Assembly (NCBI GenBank): GCA_963756495.1
Contig: CAVWNS010000003.1
Location: forward strand, 209,393-273,392
Source: an uncultured Pseudomonadota bacterium
GTDB lineage: Bacteria; Pseudomonadota; Alphaproteobacteria; Acetobacterales; Acetobacteraceae
DNA length: 64,000 nucleotides
Direction: 5' to 3'
The notes beneath the pieces are model-generated. The model searched no databases. It was not told the DNA's origin and saw only the letters and a program-made list of their open reading frames with translations. A program made the position numbers and the translations under genes. Below, piece after piece: positions 9,494-18,277 of this stretch; the stretch's first letter is position 1; every line of letters begins with the position of its first letter.

Positions 9494-10726
9494 ATGAGCG
9501 AACAAGACAAGGAACTGCCCAGCGGCCTCGCGCTGACGCCGCTCGACCCGGTGTTCCGGGAGCGTCCGCACGAATATCTCGATCGCCTGCGCACCGAGGC
9601 GCCGGTGCAGCGCGACACGACGCTGAACCGGGTCTTCCTGACCCGCTTCGAGGACGTGAAGGCGGTGGTCAACAATCGCGAGCTGGCGGTCGATCCGCGC
9701 AAGGCGCCCCCTGAATCGTATCATCGGCGCATCGTGATCGGCGACGGCGACCCGGCCGGCTTCGAGCCGTCGATGCTGCACATGGACGACCCCGACCACA
9801 GGCGTATCCGCGGCCTGGTCTCGCAGGCGTTCAACCAACGCGCCGTGGAGGCGTTCCGCCCGCGCATCCAGGCCATCACCGACCAGCTGCTGGACGACGT
9901 GGCGAGAGGCGTCGGCTTCGACGTGATCGCCGATTATGCCGCGCCTCTGCCCACCATCGCCATCGCCGAGATGCTGGGCGTCGATGCCGGCGACCAATCG
10001 CGGTTCAAGCTCTGGTCGGACGCGCTGGCGCACAGCTTCAATCCCCGCCGGACGCCGGCGCAGGAAGCCGAGCTGTGGGACGCCCGCACCGGCCTGTTCG
10101 GGCATTTCCAGCAGGTCGTGGACCAGCGCAGGCGCGCGCGCGGCACCGACCTTGTCAGCGCGCTCGTCTCGGCCGAGGAATCGGGCGACCGACTGACCGA
10201 GCGCGAGATCATCAGCATCTGCAACCTGCTGCTGGTCGCCGGCAATGTCACCACCACCGACCTGATCGGCAACGGCGTGCTGGCGCTGCTGCGCCATCCC
10301 GAGCAGATGGCGGCGCTGCGGGCCGATCCCGCGCTGGTCCGGGGCGCGGTGGAGGAGATGCTGCGCTACGATCCCCCGGTGACGCAGACCAGCCGGCTGG
10401 CGCTGGAGCCGATCGAGGTGGCCAGGGTTCCGGTGGCCGCGGGGGAGTCGCTCAACGGGTCGCTGATCGCCGCCGGGCACGATCCGGCCGTCCATGCCGA
10501 CCCGCACGCATTCGACATCCGCCGATCCGATACCAGCCACTTGGCATTCGGCGGCGGCGCGCATTTCTGCCTCGGCGCCCCGCTCGCGCGCGCCGAGGCG
10601 CAGATCGCCATTACCGCGCTGCTGGCCCGCTTCCCCGCCCTGCGGCTTGATCCGGCAGGCGTGGTCGAGCACAAGCGCGCCCCGGTGTTCAACGGCGTGG
10701 CGGCGTTGCGTGTGCTGACGGGCTGA
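9494..10726 (+). CDS. Cytochrome P450
   Basis: 410 aa from ATG 9494. Contains the heme loop FGGGAHFCLGAPLAR, the EXXR motif (EEMLRYD) and the I-helix LLVAGNVTT. Confidence 0.9.
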   Translation: MSEQDKELPSGLALTPLDPVFRERPHEYLDRLRTEAPVQRDTTLNRVFLTRFEDVKAVVNNRELAVDPRKAPPESYHRRIVIGDGDPAGFEPSMLHMDDPDHRRIRGLVSQAFNQRAVEAFRPRIQAITDQLLDDVARGVGFDVIADYAAPLPTIAIAEMLGVDAGDQSRFKLWSDALAHSFNPRRTPAQEAELWDARTGLFGHFQQVVDQRRRARGTDLVSALVSAEESGDRLTEREIISICNLLLVAGNVTTTDLIGNGVLALLRHPEQMAALRADPALVRGAVEEMLRYDPPVTQTSRLALEPIEVARVPVAAGESLNGSLIAAGHDPAVHADPHAFDIRRSDTSHLAFGGGAHFCLGAPLARAEAQIAITALLARFPALRLDPAGVVEHKRAPVFNGVAALRVLTG

Positions 10727-10950
10727 CCTCGGCAAATGTCACCTCCGTGCACCTGCGGCGGCCGAACCAGTGCAGGATATCCGCTAAGTCCAAGCTCGGA
10801 GTCGATCTACGCCCTTGCCCCCCTCACAGGGCGTGAGATTTCTGTTTAGTTCGCACGTACGAGGCGCTGCCCCGCGCCCCGCCAAAGGCTCGCCTTGGAA
10901 ACCATGACTGGTGTCCGGGGCCACCAGCCCCAGGCCGTTGGCATGAGAGA

Positions 10951-12309
10951 TTACGCGGCGCGGACCTCGGTCAGGAAACCGCCGACGGCGTCGCGCAGCT
11001 TGCCCGATTGCACGCCAAGCTCTCCGGCGGCGCCGGTCAGGTGCTCGGCGATCGCCAGCGTCTCGGACGCATCCTCCTTGATGCCGCCCATCAGCTCGCT
11101 CACCTGCCGGTTGCCCGTGGCGGCCTGCTGGACGTTGCGCGCGATCTCCTGGGTGGTGGCGCCCTGCTGCTCGACGGCGGCCGCGATCGTGGCCGCGATC
11201 TGGCTGATTTCCCCGATCGTGGTGGCAATGCCCTGGATGGCCTCGACGGCTTGCCGCGTCGCGCCCTGCACCTGGCCGATCTGCTGGCCGATCTCCTCGG
11301 TCGCCTTGGACGTCTGGGTGGCCAGGCTCTTCACCTCGGAGGCCACCACGGCGAATCCCTTGCCGGCATCCCCCGCGCGCGCCGCCTCGATGGTGGCGTT
11401 CAGGGCCAGGAGGTTGGTCTGTCCGGCGATGCTGCTGATCAGCCCCACCACGTCGCCGATCTTCTGGGCGCCTTCCGCCAACGCCTTCACCACCGCGTCG
11501 GTCCGGCGCGCATCGTCCACCGCCTTGGCGGCGATCCTGGCGGAATGCGAGACCTGCTGGCCGATTTCGGTGACCGACACCGCGAGTTCCTCGGCCGCGG
11601 CGGCGACGGTCTGCACATTGGCGCTCGCCTCCTGCGCTGCACCGGCGACGGAGTTGCAGGATTGGGTCGAGCGGCCCGCCGTCGTGGATATCGATTGCAC
11701 GGCCGCTTCGAGCTGGCCGGAGGACCGCGAGACACTCTCGACGACGCCGCTGATCTTCGCCCCGAACGTGCCCGCCAGGTCGTGCAGGGCCTTGCGCTTG
11801 CTCTCGCGCTCAGCCGTCGCATAGCACTCCAGCAGGACTTCGAGATCGAGCCAGGCTGCCTTGCTCAATGCTGCGCGCAGGGCTGCACGCGACGCCACCT
11901 TGCTGGCGCCCCGAAGGGCCGAGAACCCGAGCTTGTCGCGCTGGTCCAGGCCCAGTTCCTTGGTCACGGCGTTGATGACGGTGGCGTGGCAGATCGCGAC
12001 GGCATAGCCGGGCACGGCGTGCTCATAGAAGACGGCGGCCAGCCGCCGGGCCAATTCCATGAAGCCGTCGCCGAGCTTGCCCGATGCAACTCGCATCCAG
12101 TGGCTCACGCGAACCGGGTGAACCGCAGGGTCCTTCAGGGCCGCCTGGATCTCGGGCCAGTTGGCGAATTTCGGGTGCAGCTCCTCCAGCAGCCCGGGCA
12201 GACGCTGTTCCGCGAATTCCGTATTGGCGCGCAGCACTGCGAGGTCGTCCTCGCTGATCTGGAAGGCCGCGAAGCGGTTCTGCTGGTCGGCATCGTAGGC
12301 GGCGTGCAT
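10951..12309 (-). CDS. Soluble globin-coupled sensor / methyl-accepting chemotaxis protein
   Basis: 452 aa with no TM segment. The N-terminal protoglobin-like domain (..[19 protein letters not shown]..) is followed by the MCP signalling hairpin ([35 protein letters not shown]). Confidence 0.85.
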   Translation of the reverse strand: MHAAYDADQQNRFAAFQISEDDLAVLRANTEFAEQRLPGLLEELHPKFANWPEIQAALKDPAVHPVRVSHWMRVASGKLGDGFMELARRLAAVFYEHAVPGYAVAICHATVINAVTKELGLDQRDKLGFSALRGASKVASRAALRAALSKAAWLDLEVLLECYATAERESKRKALHDLAGTFGAKISGVVESVSRSSGQLEAAVQSISTTAGRSTQSCNSVAGAAQEASANVQTVAAAAEELAVSVTEIGQQVSHSARIAAKAVDDARRTDAVVKALAEGAQKIGDVVGLISSIAGQTNLLALNATIEAARAGDAGKGFAVVASEVKSLATQTSKATEEIGQQIGQVQGATRQAVEAIQGIATTIGEISQIAATIAAAVEQQGATTQEIARNVQQAATGNRQVSELMGGIKEDASETLAIAEHLTGAAGELGVQSGKLRDAVGGFLTEVRAA

Positions 12310-12375
12310 CGGGGTTTCCTGTTCCGGCGTGGAAGACGGAGACCGCGATCCTCCGGCACAAAATATAATCCACTG

Positions 12376-12399
12376 CTAAAACCGCGTCTAAAACCGCGT
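12376..12399. repeat. Perfect tandem 12-mer x2 (CTAAAACCGCGT)
   Basis: Seen directly. It lies about 70-90 nt upstream of the chemoreceptor start codon in an AT-richer stretch. Confidence 0.9.
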
Positions 12400-12827
12400 C
12401 CAGTTCGAGACCATAGTCCGTCGTGCCTCGGCCTCCGCCTCGCGCCCTGCCGCGACCCTGAGGGCAGGCGGTACAGCGGAGTGCGGGCGGAGCGACATGG
12501 GGGGCGGCCTTCGGTCTGGCTGCGCCTTAACGTACCACCGTCAGCCCCGGCGCGATCTCGCCCAACAGTATCCGCTCGTTTGCCTGCCTCATCTCAGCCC
12601 AACTCCGTTGCAATCAGCGTGAGCACAAACCGATGATTGCGGTTCGCTCATGCGGCCCTCCGTGTAGGCACGCAGCCTCGCCCCGGTCCCTTGCTGTTCC
12701 ATTCGACACCTTCTGCTCCAAACGTGCCTCGGGGTGCCAATGAAGCGACGGAGGATCAATCTCAAACCCCTTGGCAGGGGAGCGCCGGCCCGCTATTGTG
12801 CATCCATTAAGATTTAGTAGAGGATGG

Positions 12828-13169
12828 ATGATGAGAAAGTCACTGGTACTCGCGGTCCTACCTCTTATGGTAACCATCCTAGCCGAGCCACTTCCGGTCC
12901 ACGCACAGGCAGCGACAAGTATCGAGCAAGCCGAACTCGCCGGCCTGAAACCGGACATCCGCGCCGAAGTGCAGCAACGGCTTAAGACTCCCGGGCAGAC
13001 CGTCAACGAGATCCTCACCACAATGCTGCTCAACAACATCAAGTTGAAGCATCCGGCCAGCCGGATCATGGCAATGGACTTTGCACGCGGCGCGGCGGCG
13101 GTCCAGACGCCCGGCGGCGGCATGGAGATCGTCAATTTCGACCCCACGACCCTACAGATCAAGTCCTGA
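12828..13169 (+). CDS. Hypothetical secreted protein
   Basis: GAGGATGG precedes ATG 12828. A signal peptide is present (MMRKSLVLAVLPLMVTILAEPLPVHA). The region has lower GC, and I recognise no family. Confidence 0.5.
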   Translation: MMRKSLVLAVLPLMVTILAEPLPVHAQAATSIEQAELAGLKPDIRAEVQQRLKTPGQTVNEILTTMLLNNIKLKHPASRIMAMDFARGAAAVQTPGGGMEIVNFDPTTLQIKS

Positions 13170-13224
13170 ATGCTGGCGTCGGTCCAGCAAGTGACGTGGC
13201 CAGTCGAAGAGAGGGTAGAATAAC

Positions 13225-13605
13225 GTGCCATTCGGAGGCGGCTTCACTTTTGCAAACTTCCTTGGCGACGTGCTGGCCGTCTTCCTCTTCGTCCTGTGGT
13301 TCTGGCTGCTGATCACGGTGACCGGGGATCTGTTCCGGCGCCGGGATGTCTCTGGCGGAGTGAAGATCCTTTGGGTCGTGTTGCTGATCGTGCTGCCCTA
13401 TATCGGGATCTTCGGCTATATGCTGACCCAGGGCCGCAGCATGGCCGAGCGTACCGAGGCCCGGGCGCGCGCGGCACGCGATGAGCTGCGCCAGGTCGTC
13501 GGCTTCAGCGCCGCCGACGAGATCGAGAAATTGGGCAACCTCAAGGCCAAAGGGGCGATCTCGGAGCAGGAGTATGCGACGCTTCGCGCGCGGCTTACCT
13601 CCTAG
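13225..13605 (+). CDS. Small membrane protein, PLDc_N (cardiolipin-synthase N-terminal-like) + SHOCT domains
   Basis: KILWVVLLIVLPYIGIFGYML is the PLDc_N pattern. The C-terminal EIEKLGNLKAKGAISEQEYATLRARL is the SHOCT pattern. GTG start. Confidence 0.7.
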   Translation: MPFGGGFTFANFLGDVLAVFLFVLWFWLLITVTGDLFRRRDVSGGVKILWVVLLIVLPYIGIFGYMLTQGRSMAERTEARARAARDELRQVVGFSAADEIEKLGNLKAKGAISEQEYATLRARLTS

Positions 13606-13831
13606 GAAACGCAAGCGACAACTCGATAGCCGCGAAGCAGCGCCGGGTTGTGGCGGCGGTTACGACCTCGGCGCCGGCAAGATGTCCCTCGTGAGGCACG
13701 TCGGACCTGCGGCGTCCCGACATCAAAAAACGGTGCGAGGGTTCGGCCCCTGTGCCGTTGGTCTTTGTTCGTGCAATCCCTCGTTCCGAGGGCAACGGCC
13801 CACCCAACCCTCCTGCATGGAGACGATCGCC

Positions 13832-14284
13832 ATGACGCGACGAGCACTCGGTTCCGCCGTTCTGGTCGGAACGCTGCTTCTTGGGGCTTGTGCCGAGACG
13901 CCAATGGGCCCGACCGTCGCTGTGATGCCTGGTCCCAACACATCCTTCTCGCAATTCCAGAACGATCAGGCCGTGTGCCGGAACTTCGCCGAGCAGGCGG
14001 TGCAGGATCAAGCGCATGGCGCCAATATGCGGGGGCTCGGCACGGCGGCGCTGACAACGGTGCTTGGCACTGGGCTGGGAGCCGCGATCGGCGGTGGCCG
14101 GGGCGCAGGGATCGGGGCCGCCGGTGGCGCGCTCGGCGGTGGCGCGTTGGCGGCCAGGAACACCTCGAACGCCAACGTATCCATCCAGACGCAGTACAAC
14201 AACGCCTTCGCCTCGTGTATGTTCAGCCTCGGTAACTCCGTGCCGTCCGCGGGCCCGATGATGAACCAAGGGAACCAAAGGTAG
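13832..14284 (+). CDS. Glycine-zipper lipoprotein
   Basis: GGAGA lies 8 nt before ATG 13832. The lipobox LLLGAC is followed by the Gly-zipper GTGLGAAIGGGRGAGIGAAGGALGGGA. Confidence 0.7.
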   Translation: MTRRALGSAVLVGTLLLGACAETPMGPTVAVMPGPNTSFSQFQNDQAVCRNFAEQAVQDQAHGANMRGLGTAALTTVLGTGLGAAIGGGRGAGIGAAGGALGGGALAARNTSNANVSIQTQYNNAFASCMFSLGNSVPSAGPMMNQGNQR

Positions 14285-14311
14285 GACTGCATTGCTGTCG
14301 CCGCTTGGTCG

Positions 14312-14372
14312 GGGAGCCCTGCTCGTGCCCATCGGTCACTGAAAGCCGAGCCAGTGCGGCTCCCTTCGTCTT
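14312..14372 (+). terminator. Candidate intrinsic terminator (long interrupted hairpin plus T-rich tail)
   Basis: GGGAGCC (14312-14318) pairs with GGCTCCC (14358-14364). An inner CTGCTCG/CGAG(C)CAG stem is present, followed by TTCGTCTT. Confidence 0.3.
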
Positions 14373-14417
14373 GGCCCACACAAGCGACGCGTCGCCATGG
14401 TAAGAGGCGGACAGTCC

Positions 14418-15743
14418 ATGCAGCTTTCCTATGCCGTGCGTGGGACCGTCTGGATAATCGTCTATCTGTTCTTCATCCTTGCCCCGCTGTTCGCCCTCCT
14501 GACGGGGCCACTGCCGCCAACGCGCGATTTCTGGACTGAGTTTTCAGTCGCGCTCGGCTACGCAGGCCTGGCGATGATGGGCCTGCAGTTCGGCCTCACG
14601 GCGCGCTTTCGCGCCGTCACCGAGCCGTGGGGCGAGGACGTCATCTACCACTTTCATCGCCAGATCTCGCTGATCGCGGTCGTCCTGGTCGTCGCGCACC
14701 CGGTCATCCTGTTCGCCGCCCGGCCGGAATTGCTGGCACTGCTCAACTCCATCACCGCGCCGTGGCGCGCCCGCTTCGCCGCACTATCGACTTACTCGCT
14801 GATTGCGCTGGTGGCTATGGCGCTGTGGCGCGCGAAGTGGAACATTCGCTACGAGACTTGGCACCTCACCCATATCGCGCTGGCGGTGGTCGCGGTCGCC
14901 GCGGGGCTGCTGCACATGGTGGGATGGAGCTTCTACCTGGCCGCTCCCTGGAAGCGGGCGCTGTGGATCGCCCTGCCGATCTTCTGGATCGGGCTGCTGC
15001 TCTACGTGCGTATCGTCAAGCCATTGTTCATGCTCCGCCGGCCGTACCGCGTCGCGCAAGTGCGCCAGGAGCGCGGTGATACCTGGACGCTGGTGATGCA
15101 GCCGGATGGTCACCCCGGCTTCCGTTTTAGCCCGGGCCAGTTCGGTTGGCTGACGCTGTGGGGGACGCCATTCAAGCTCACCGGGCACCCGTTCTCGTTT
15201 TCATCCAGCGCCGCCGTCGCGGACGGGCGCGTTGAGATGACGATCAGGAACCTCGGCGACTTCACGAGCGAGATCCGAAACACGCCAATAGGCCGGCGCG
15301 TCTACCTGGACGGGCCGTATGGCGCGTTTACTATCGATCGCAACCCGGCCGACATGCACGTGCTAGTCGCCGGCGGCGTTGGCATCACGCCGATGATGAG
15401 CATGATCCGCACACTGGCCGACCGCGGCGACAAGCGGCCCATGGTCCTGCTCTACGGCAGCAAGGATTGGGAGTCGATCACCTTCCGCGAGGAGCTGGAG
15501 GCGGCGAAAGCACGCCTCAACCTGACGATCGTTCATGTGCTGGCAAATCCGCTGGCCGGCTGGACGGGAGAGCAGGGCTTCATCACGGCCGACGTGTTTG
15601 GGCGCCATTTGCCTGCGCCACATGCCGATCACGAATACTTCATCTGCGGGCCGAACGTGATGATGGACGCGATCGAAAGGGCACTCGGCGAGCTGCACGT
15701 GCCGCTCGCGAAATACCATTCCGAGCGCTATAGCTTCGTCTAG
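14418..15743 (+). CDS. NOX/FRE-type flavocytochrome: ferric-reductase-like transmembrane domain fused to an FAD/NAD(P)H-binding domain
   Basis: About 6 TM helices carry two His pairs, each with 13 intervening residues (HRQISLIAVVLVVAH and HIALAVVAVAAGLLH). The FAD motif GHPFSFSS, the NAD(P)H motif VAGGVGITP and a C-terminal FICGP are all present. The alternative ATG start is at 14397. Confidence 0.85.
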   Translation: MQLSYAVRGTVWIIVYLFFILAPLFALLTGPLPPTRDFWTEFSVALGYAGLAMMGLQFGLTARFRAVTEPWGEDVIYHFHRQISLIAVVLVVAHPVILFAARPELLALLNSITAPWRARFAALSTYSLIALVAMALWRAKWNIRYETWHLTHIALAVVAVAAGLLHMVGWSFYLAAPWKRALWIALPIFWIGLLLYVRIVKPLFMLRRPYRVAQVRQERGDTWTLVMQPDGHPGFRFSPGQFGWLTLWGTPFKLTGHPFSFSSSAAVADGRVEMTIRNLGDFTSEIRNTPIGRRVYLDGPYGAFTIDRNPADMHVLVAGGVGITPMMSMIRTLADRGDKRPMVLLYGSKDWESITFREELEAAKARLNLTIVHVLANPLAGWTGEQGFITADVFGRHLPAPHADHEYFICGPNVMMDAIERALGELHVPLAKYHSERYSFV

Positions 15744-15889
15744 GGGAGGCTTTCGATGCGCCGGTTGTTGGCCGATAAACTCGTACTCGCCACGGCAGCG
15801 ATTGTGATCGTGATGGCAGCCTTGTTTGCGCTTTCGCGCGTGGCCGGCTAGGCGCGCCGGGCGATCGCGCAAAACGGCGGTAGGGCACC

Positions 15890-17338
15890 ATGGGCCCGCT
15901 CGGAATCCTGCTCGGCCTCGCGCTCTTAATGTGGCTCGCCTACCGCGGCTGGAGTGTGCTGCTGGTAGGGCCGCTGGCAGCGGTGCTGACCGCCGCGTTC
16001 TCCGGCGAGCCGCTGCTCGCCCATTGGACGCAGACCTTCATGAACGGAGCGGCGCGCTTCGTGGCGCAGTTCTTCCCGCTGTTCCTGCTTGGCGCGTTGT
16101 TCGGCAAGCTGATGGACGACAGCGGCTCAGCGCTTGCCATCGCGCGCGCGCTGAGCGAGCGGCTCGGGCGGCAGCGCGCGATCCTGGCCGTGGTGCTGGC
16201 CTGCGCCATTCTCACCTACGGCGGCGTCAGCCTCTTCGTTGTGGCATTCGTGGTGGTGCCGCTGGCGAATGCGCTGTTCCGCGAGGCGGATGTGCCGCAC
16301 CGGCTGATTCCGGCCTCGGTGGCGCTCGGCGCGTTCACCTTCACCATGACGGCGATGCCCGGCACGCCGGCGATCCAGAACGCGATCCCGATGCCCGTGT
16401 TCGGGACCACGTCTTTCGCGGCCCCCGGCCTCGGGCTGATCGCGGCCGCGATCATGCTGGATTTCGGCCTCTGGTGGCTCGGCCGTGTCCCCGCCGCCGC
16501 GCGCCGCGCCGGCGAGGGCTATGGCCCCGAACCACGCGACTTGACGGCCGAGGAGGCGCGGCTCGTGCGCGAGCGGGCTCCGCCTCCGGCAATTTCGACC
16601 CGGCTGAGATCGAGCACGGCCGCCACTCCGAGCGCGGCGTGCCCATCTGGCTGGCGGCTCTGCCGATGCTCGTGGTCGTCGTGGTCAACCTCGCCATGAG
16701 CCTGGTCGTGCTGCCGCGGCTCGAAACCGGGTTCCTCGCCGAGGCGCGTTTCGGAGCGACCTCCTTGGCGGCGGTGGGCGGCGTCTGGTCGGTGGCGACC
16801 GCTCTGCTCGCGGCGATCGTGGCGGTGGTCCTGGCGAACTGCCGCCGCCTCCCCGCACTGCGCGAGACCATCGCCGCCGGCGCCAACACCTCGGTGCTGC
16901 CGGTGCTGAACACCGCGAGCATGGTGGGATTCGGCGCGGTCGTGGCGGCGCTGCCCGCCTTCGCCGGGGTGCGCGACGCGCTCGCATCGATCCCGGGTGG
17001 CCCGCTCGTCTCGGTGGCGGTCGCGACCAACGTCGTCGCCGGCATCACCGGGTCGGCGTCGGGGGGGCCTGCTCATCGCGCTGGAGGCCATGGGCGACAC
17101 GTATGTGCGCATGGCGGCGGCGGCGGGCATCGATCCGGCGCTGATGCATCGCGTCGCCGCCAGCGGCTGCGGCGGGCTATCCAGCCTGCCGCACAACGGC
17201 GCCGTGGTGACGCTGCTGGCCATCTGCGGCGCCACGCACCGCGGCAGTTACCGCGACATCGCGATGGTGATGCTCGTTGGCACGATCCTGGCGCTGTTGG
17301 TGATCATCACGCTGGGCAAGGTTGTTGGGTCGTTCTAA
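15890..17338 (+). pseudogene. GntP-family permease (D-beta-hydroxybutyrate permease type), two frameshifts
   Basis: It is colinear with the intact paralogue at 35302-36756 but hops frames twice. One hop is at about 16578 (gagcgggctccg, one base missing). The other is in the G7 run at 17061-17067 (one base extra). Confidence 0.8.
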
Positions 17339-17388
17339 ATGCCGCCCGCTGCACGCAGGCGCACGGAACCATCCAGGAGGAATTGAAC

Positions 17389-18174
17389 ATGAGTCTGAAG
17401 GGCAAGGTCGCACTCGTCACCGGGTCGACGAGCGGAATCGGACTGGGGATTGCGCGGGTATTGGCGACGCAGGGGGCGGACATCCTGCTGAACGGCTTCG
17501 GCGATGCTGCGGCAATCGAAAGGATACGGGCAGAGACGGCGAAGGAATTCGGCGTGCGTGTAGCCTACTCGCCTGCCGACATCGCCAAGCCCGAGCAGGT
17601 CGCGGCGATGGTGGCGCAGGCGCACCGCGAACTCGGCTCGCTCGACATCCTGGTGAACAACGCCGGTGTGCAGTTCACCGCTTCGGTGCAGGACTTCCCC
17701 GACGAGCAATGGGAAAGGGTCATTGCCATCAACCTGTCCGGCGTGTTCTACGCGACGAAGGCGGCGATCCCCGGCATGAAGGCGCGCGGCTGGGGTCGGA
17801 TCATCAACATCGCCTCGGCGCACGGCTTGGTCGCCAGCCCGGATAAATCCGCGTATGTCGCAGCCAAGCACGGGGTCGTCGGCTTCACCAAGGTGACCGC
17901 GATCGAGCTTGCCAACGACGGAATCACGGTGAATGCGATCTGCCCGGGCTGGGTACTGACGCCCCTCGTGCAGAAGCAGATCGACGCGCGCGCGACGGCT
18001 GAGGGCAAGACCGCCAAGGCGGTGACGCACGAGTTCCTGGCCGAGAAGCAGCCGATGACCCGGTTCTCCACGCCAGAGGGGATAGGCGCTCTGGCGGCCT
18101 TCCTGTGTTCCGACAGTGCGGCGACGATCACCGGGGCACCGCTCTCGATCGATGGCGGCTGGGTCGCGCAGTAG
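17389..18174 (+). CDS. bdhA: 3-hydroxybutyrate dehydrogenase
   Basis: AGGAGG precedes ATG 17389. 261 aa containing TGSTSGIGLGIA, NNAGVQ and YVAAKHGVVGFTK, ending ..GGWVAQ as is typical of BdhA. Confidence 0.85.
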   Translation: MSLKGKVALVTGSTSGIGLGIARVLATQGADILLNGFGDAAAIERIRAETAKEFGVRVAYSPADIAKPEQVAAMVAQAHRELGSLDILVNNAGVQFTASVQDFPDEQWERVIAINLSGVFYATKAAIPGMKARGWGRIINIASAHGLVASPDKSAYVAAKHGVVGFTKVTAIELANDGITVNAICPGWVLTPLVQKQIDARATAEGKTAKAVTHEFLAEKQPMTRFSTPEGIGALAAFLCSDSAATITGAPLSIDGGWVAQ

Positions 18175-18277
18175 AGGCAGCCTCGCTGTGTCCAAGGGCT
18201 CTGTTACAAATTCTGGAGCGGGATGAGGCGGTGATGGCGGCGGGCTGCAACGGATCGGATGACCATGACCCTGTGCC

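Noticed and set aside
11008-12636. A 542-aa ORF antisense to the chemoreceptor gene. Similar long antisense ORFs occur at 35158-36834, 56793-58358, 8488-9702, 53030-54502 and 59670-61055.
   Set aside because: These are typical high-GC shadow ORFs. They have Arg/Gly/Pro/His-rich low-complexity translations and no motifs, and they lie opposite or overlapping genes with clear family signatures.
12400-12770. tRNA or small gene in the 520-nt gap (a GTTCGAG motif at about 12404, and short minus-strand ORFs MEQQGTGARLRAYTEGRMSEP.. and MRQANERILLGEIAPGLTVVR)
   Set aside because: No cloverleaf can be drawn around the GTTCGA motif, because the T-stem arms are not complementary. The short ORFs lack ribosome-binding sites and only vaguely resemble an XRE HTH. 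At best they are a decayed remnant.
15826-18174. A 782-aa plus-strand ORF
   Set aside because: It is a chimera. It joins an Arg-rich out-of-frame N-terminus, the middle fragment of the frameshifted GntP permease, more out-of-frame sequence, and then the real bdhA (from 17389).
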